DNA of 63,548 nt, counting the filler, from Octopus bimaculoides (Eukaryota), in the NCBI RefSeq assembly GCF_001194135.2. It is 5 parts of 5 records of this genome, joined end to end, with 100 filler letters (N's around TTAATTAATTAA, not from the genome) between each part and the next. Parts side by side here need not be neighbours in the genome. Positions count along the whole stretch, not along the records: positions 62,259 to 63,548 come from NC_068984.1; 4 more parts are not named here. One strand, 5' to 3'. Numbering within the stretch: position 1 is the stretch's first letter; each line of letters starts with the position of its first letter. A program made the translations under genes and the position numbers. Shown piece by piece: positions 62,623-63,548 of this stretch. The notes beneath the pieces were generated by a model, which did not search any database, had not been told where the DNA came from, and was given only the letters and a program-made list of their open reading frames with translations.

Positions 62623-63271
62623 TGTTTGCAAACTTTTGAAAACAGCCGAGTATGCTTTGTTTGCTTTTTGTTTCGTTTTTGTTTGTTTGGGGGGTTTGTT
62701 TGTCTTTTTTGCTATTGGGCTTTTAGTTATTTTGTCTGTTCGTCTTTTTTTTCAGATTGTGCCAATAAAGCAATTTGTTCCTGAAACCTTTAATCTTTTG
62801 ACAGCTTCTCACAAAATCAAACATCCGCCCTTAGAGTATTCCATTTCATTTGATCATTGACTTCAACATATCATTTAAATAAAATTAAAAAAACATATAT
62901 ACTCAAAATTTTATTTCATCATTTACATATTGGTCAACAGTTAATCTGGCCTTTGCTACTGGTTTAAATTTTTTCGTAAATGTGTATGTGTGCTCAGGGG
63001 TCATTCAGTGATGACTTGAAATGTAAGGAGTTGAAGAGTGGCAGCCATAGTTTAATTACTCTATCGAAGTTATCACCTTTGGATAACCACCGTTCTTCCA
63101 TGTGCACCAACACAATTTTAAATTTCTCAGCATCACATTAATATTTAAAAATTATATTATTTTCTGAAAATGAAACCGAAAAGGTGAGGCTTTGTCCGTG
63201 TTATCATCCAAGTGCTTTCCTCCCGAGGGAGCTGTTTATGAATAATGCAGTACAGTTCTGTCATCATTTAT

Positions 63272-63435
63272 ATTTTCCTTGCTTCAGTCATTGGACTGCG
63301 GCCATACTGGAACACCGCCTTGGAGGTTTTACTCCGACAAACGAACCCTCAGTACCTCCTTTCATTTTGTTATTTATTCTCGCTGTCTCTTTTACTGAAC
63401 CACCAAGTTTCGGGGACGTATACAAACCGACACCT
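63272..63435 (-). mobile_element. SINE family B, 3' part
   Basis: Reverse complement of the tail. Confidence 0.75.
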
Positions 63436-63548
63436 GCTCGCCATGCCAGCGAGGTGGCATCCTTCGAAAGCTAAAGCAAGGCAAAGCGCATCGTGACCGG
63501 CGATGACTAACATCTGATAGTCTGATCAATACTGTTATACCGTGATAT

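Overview
Eukaryotic, repeat-saturated, partly gapped genomic DNA. The tRNA-derived SINE families and extreme microsatellite density suggest an octopus; this is inference, not a database match. No complete protein-coding gene can be recognised, and most ORF-track entries are microsatellite or N-run artefacts. The window is five sequence blocks joined by four artificial 100-bp linkers (44 N + TTAATTAATTAA + 44 N). Recognisable content is decayed transposons: mariner DD34D, maT DD37D, Penelope-like GIY-YIG, R4/Dong-type, RTE, CR1-group, Gypsy-like pol, a solo LTR with TSD and a palindromic MITE, plus at least five SINE families. A few candidate exons exist; the best is 36679-36870 (+), inside a CpG-depleted block that may be a methylated gene body. 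The most notable signal is a set of minimal type I hammerhead ribozyme motifs. One has an intact core (2628-2682) and sits between ~85-bp direct repeats about 390-398 bp apart, a retrozyme or Penelope pseudo-LTR-like layout. A homologous copy lies at 14.76 kb, an unrelated near-intact one at 20.25 kb, and several fossils elsewhere.
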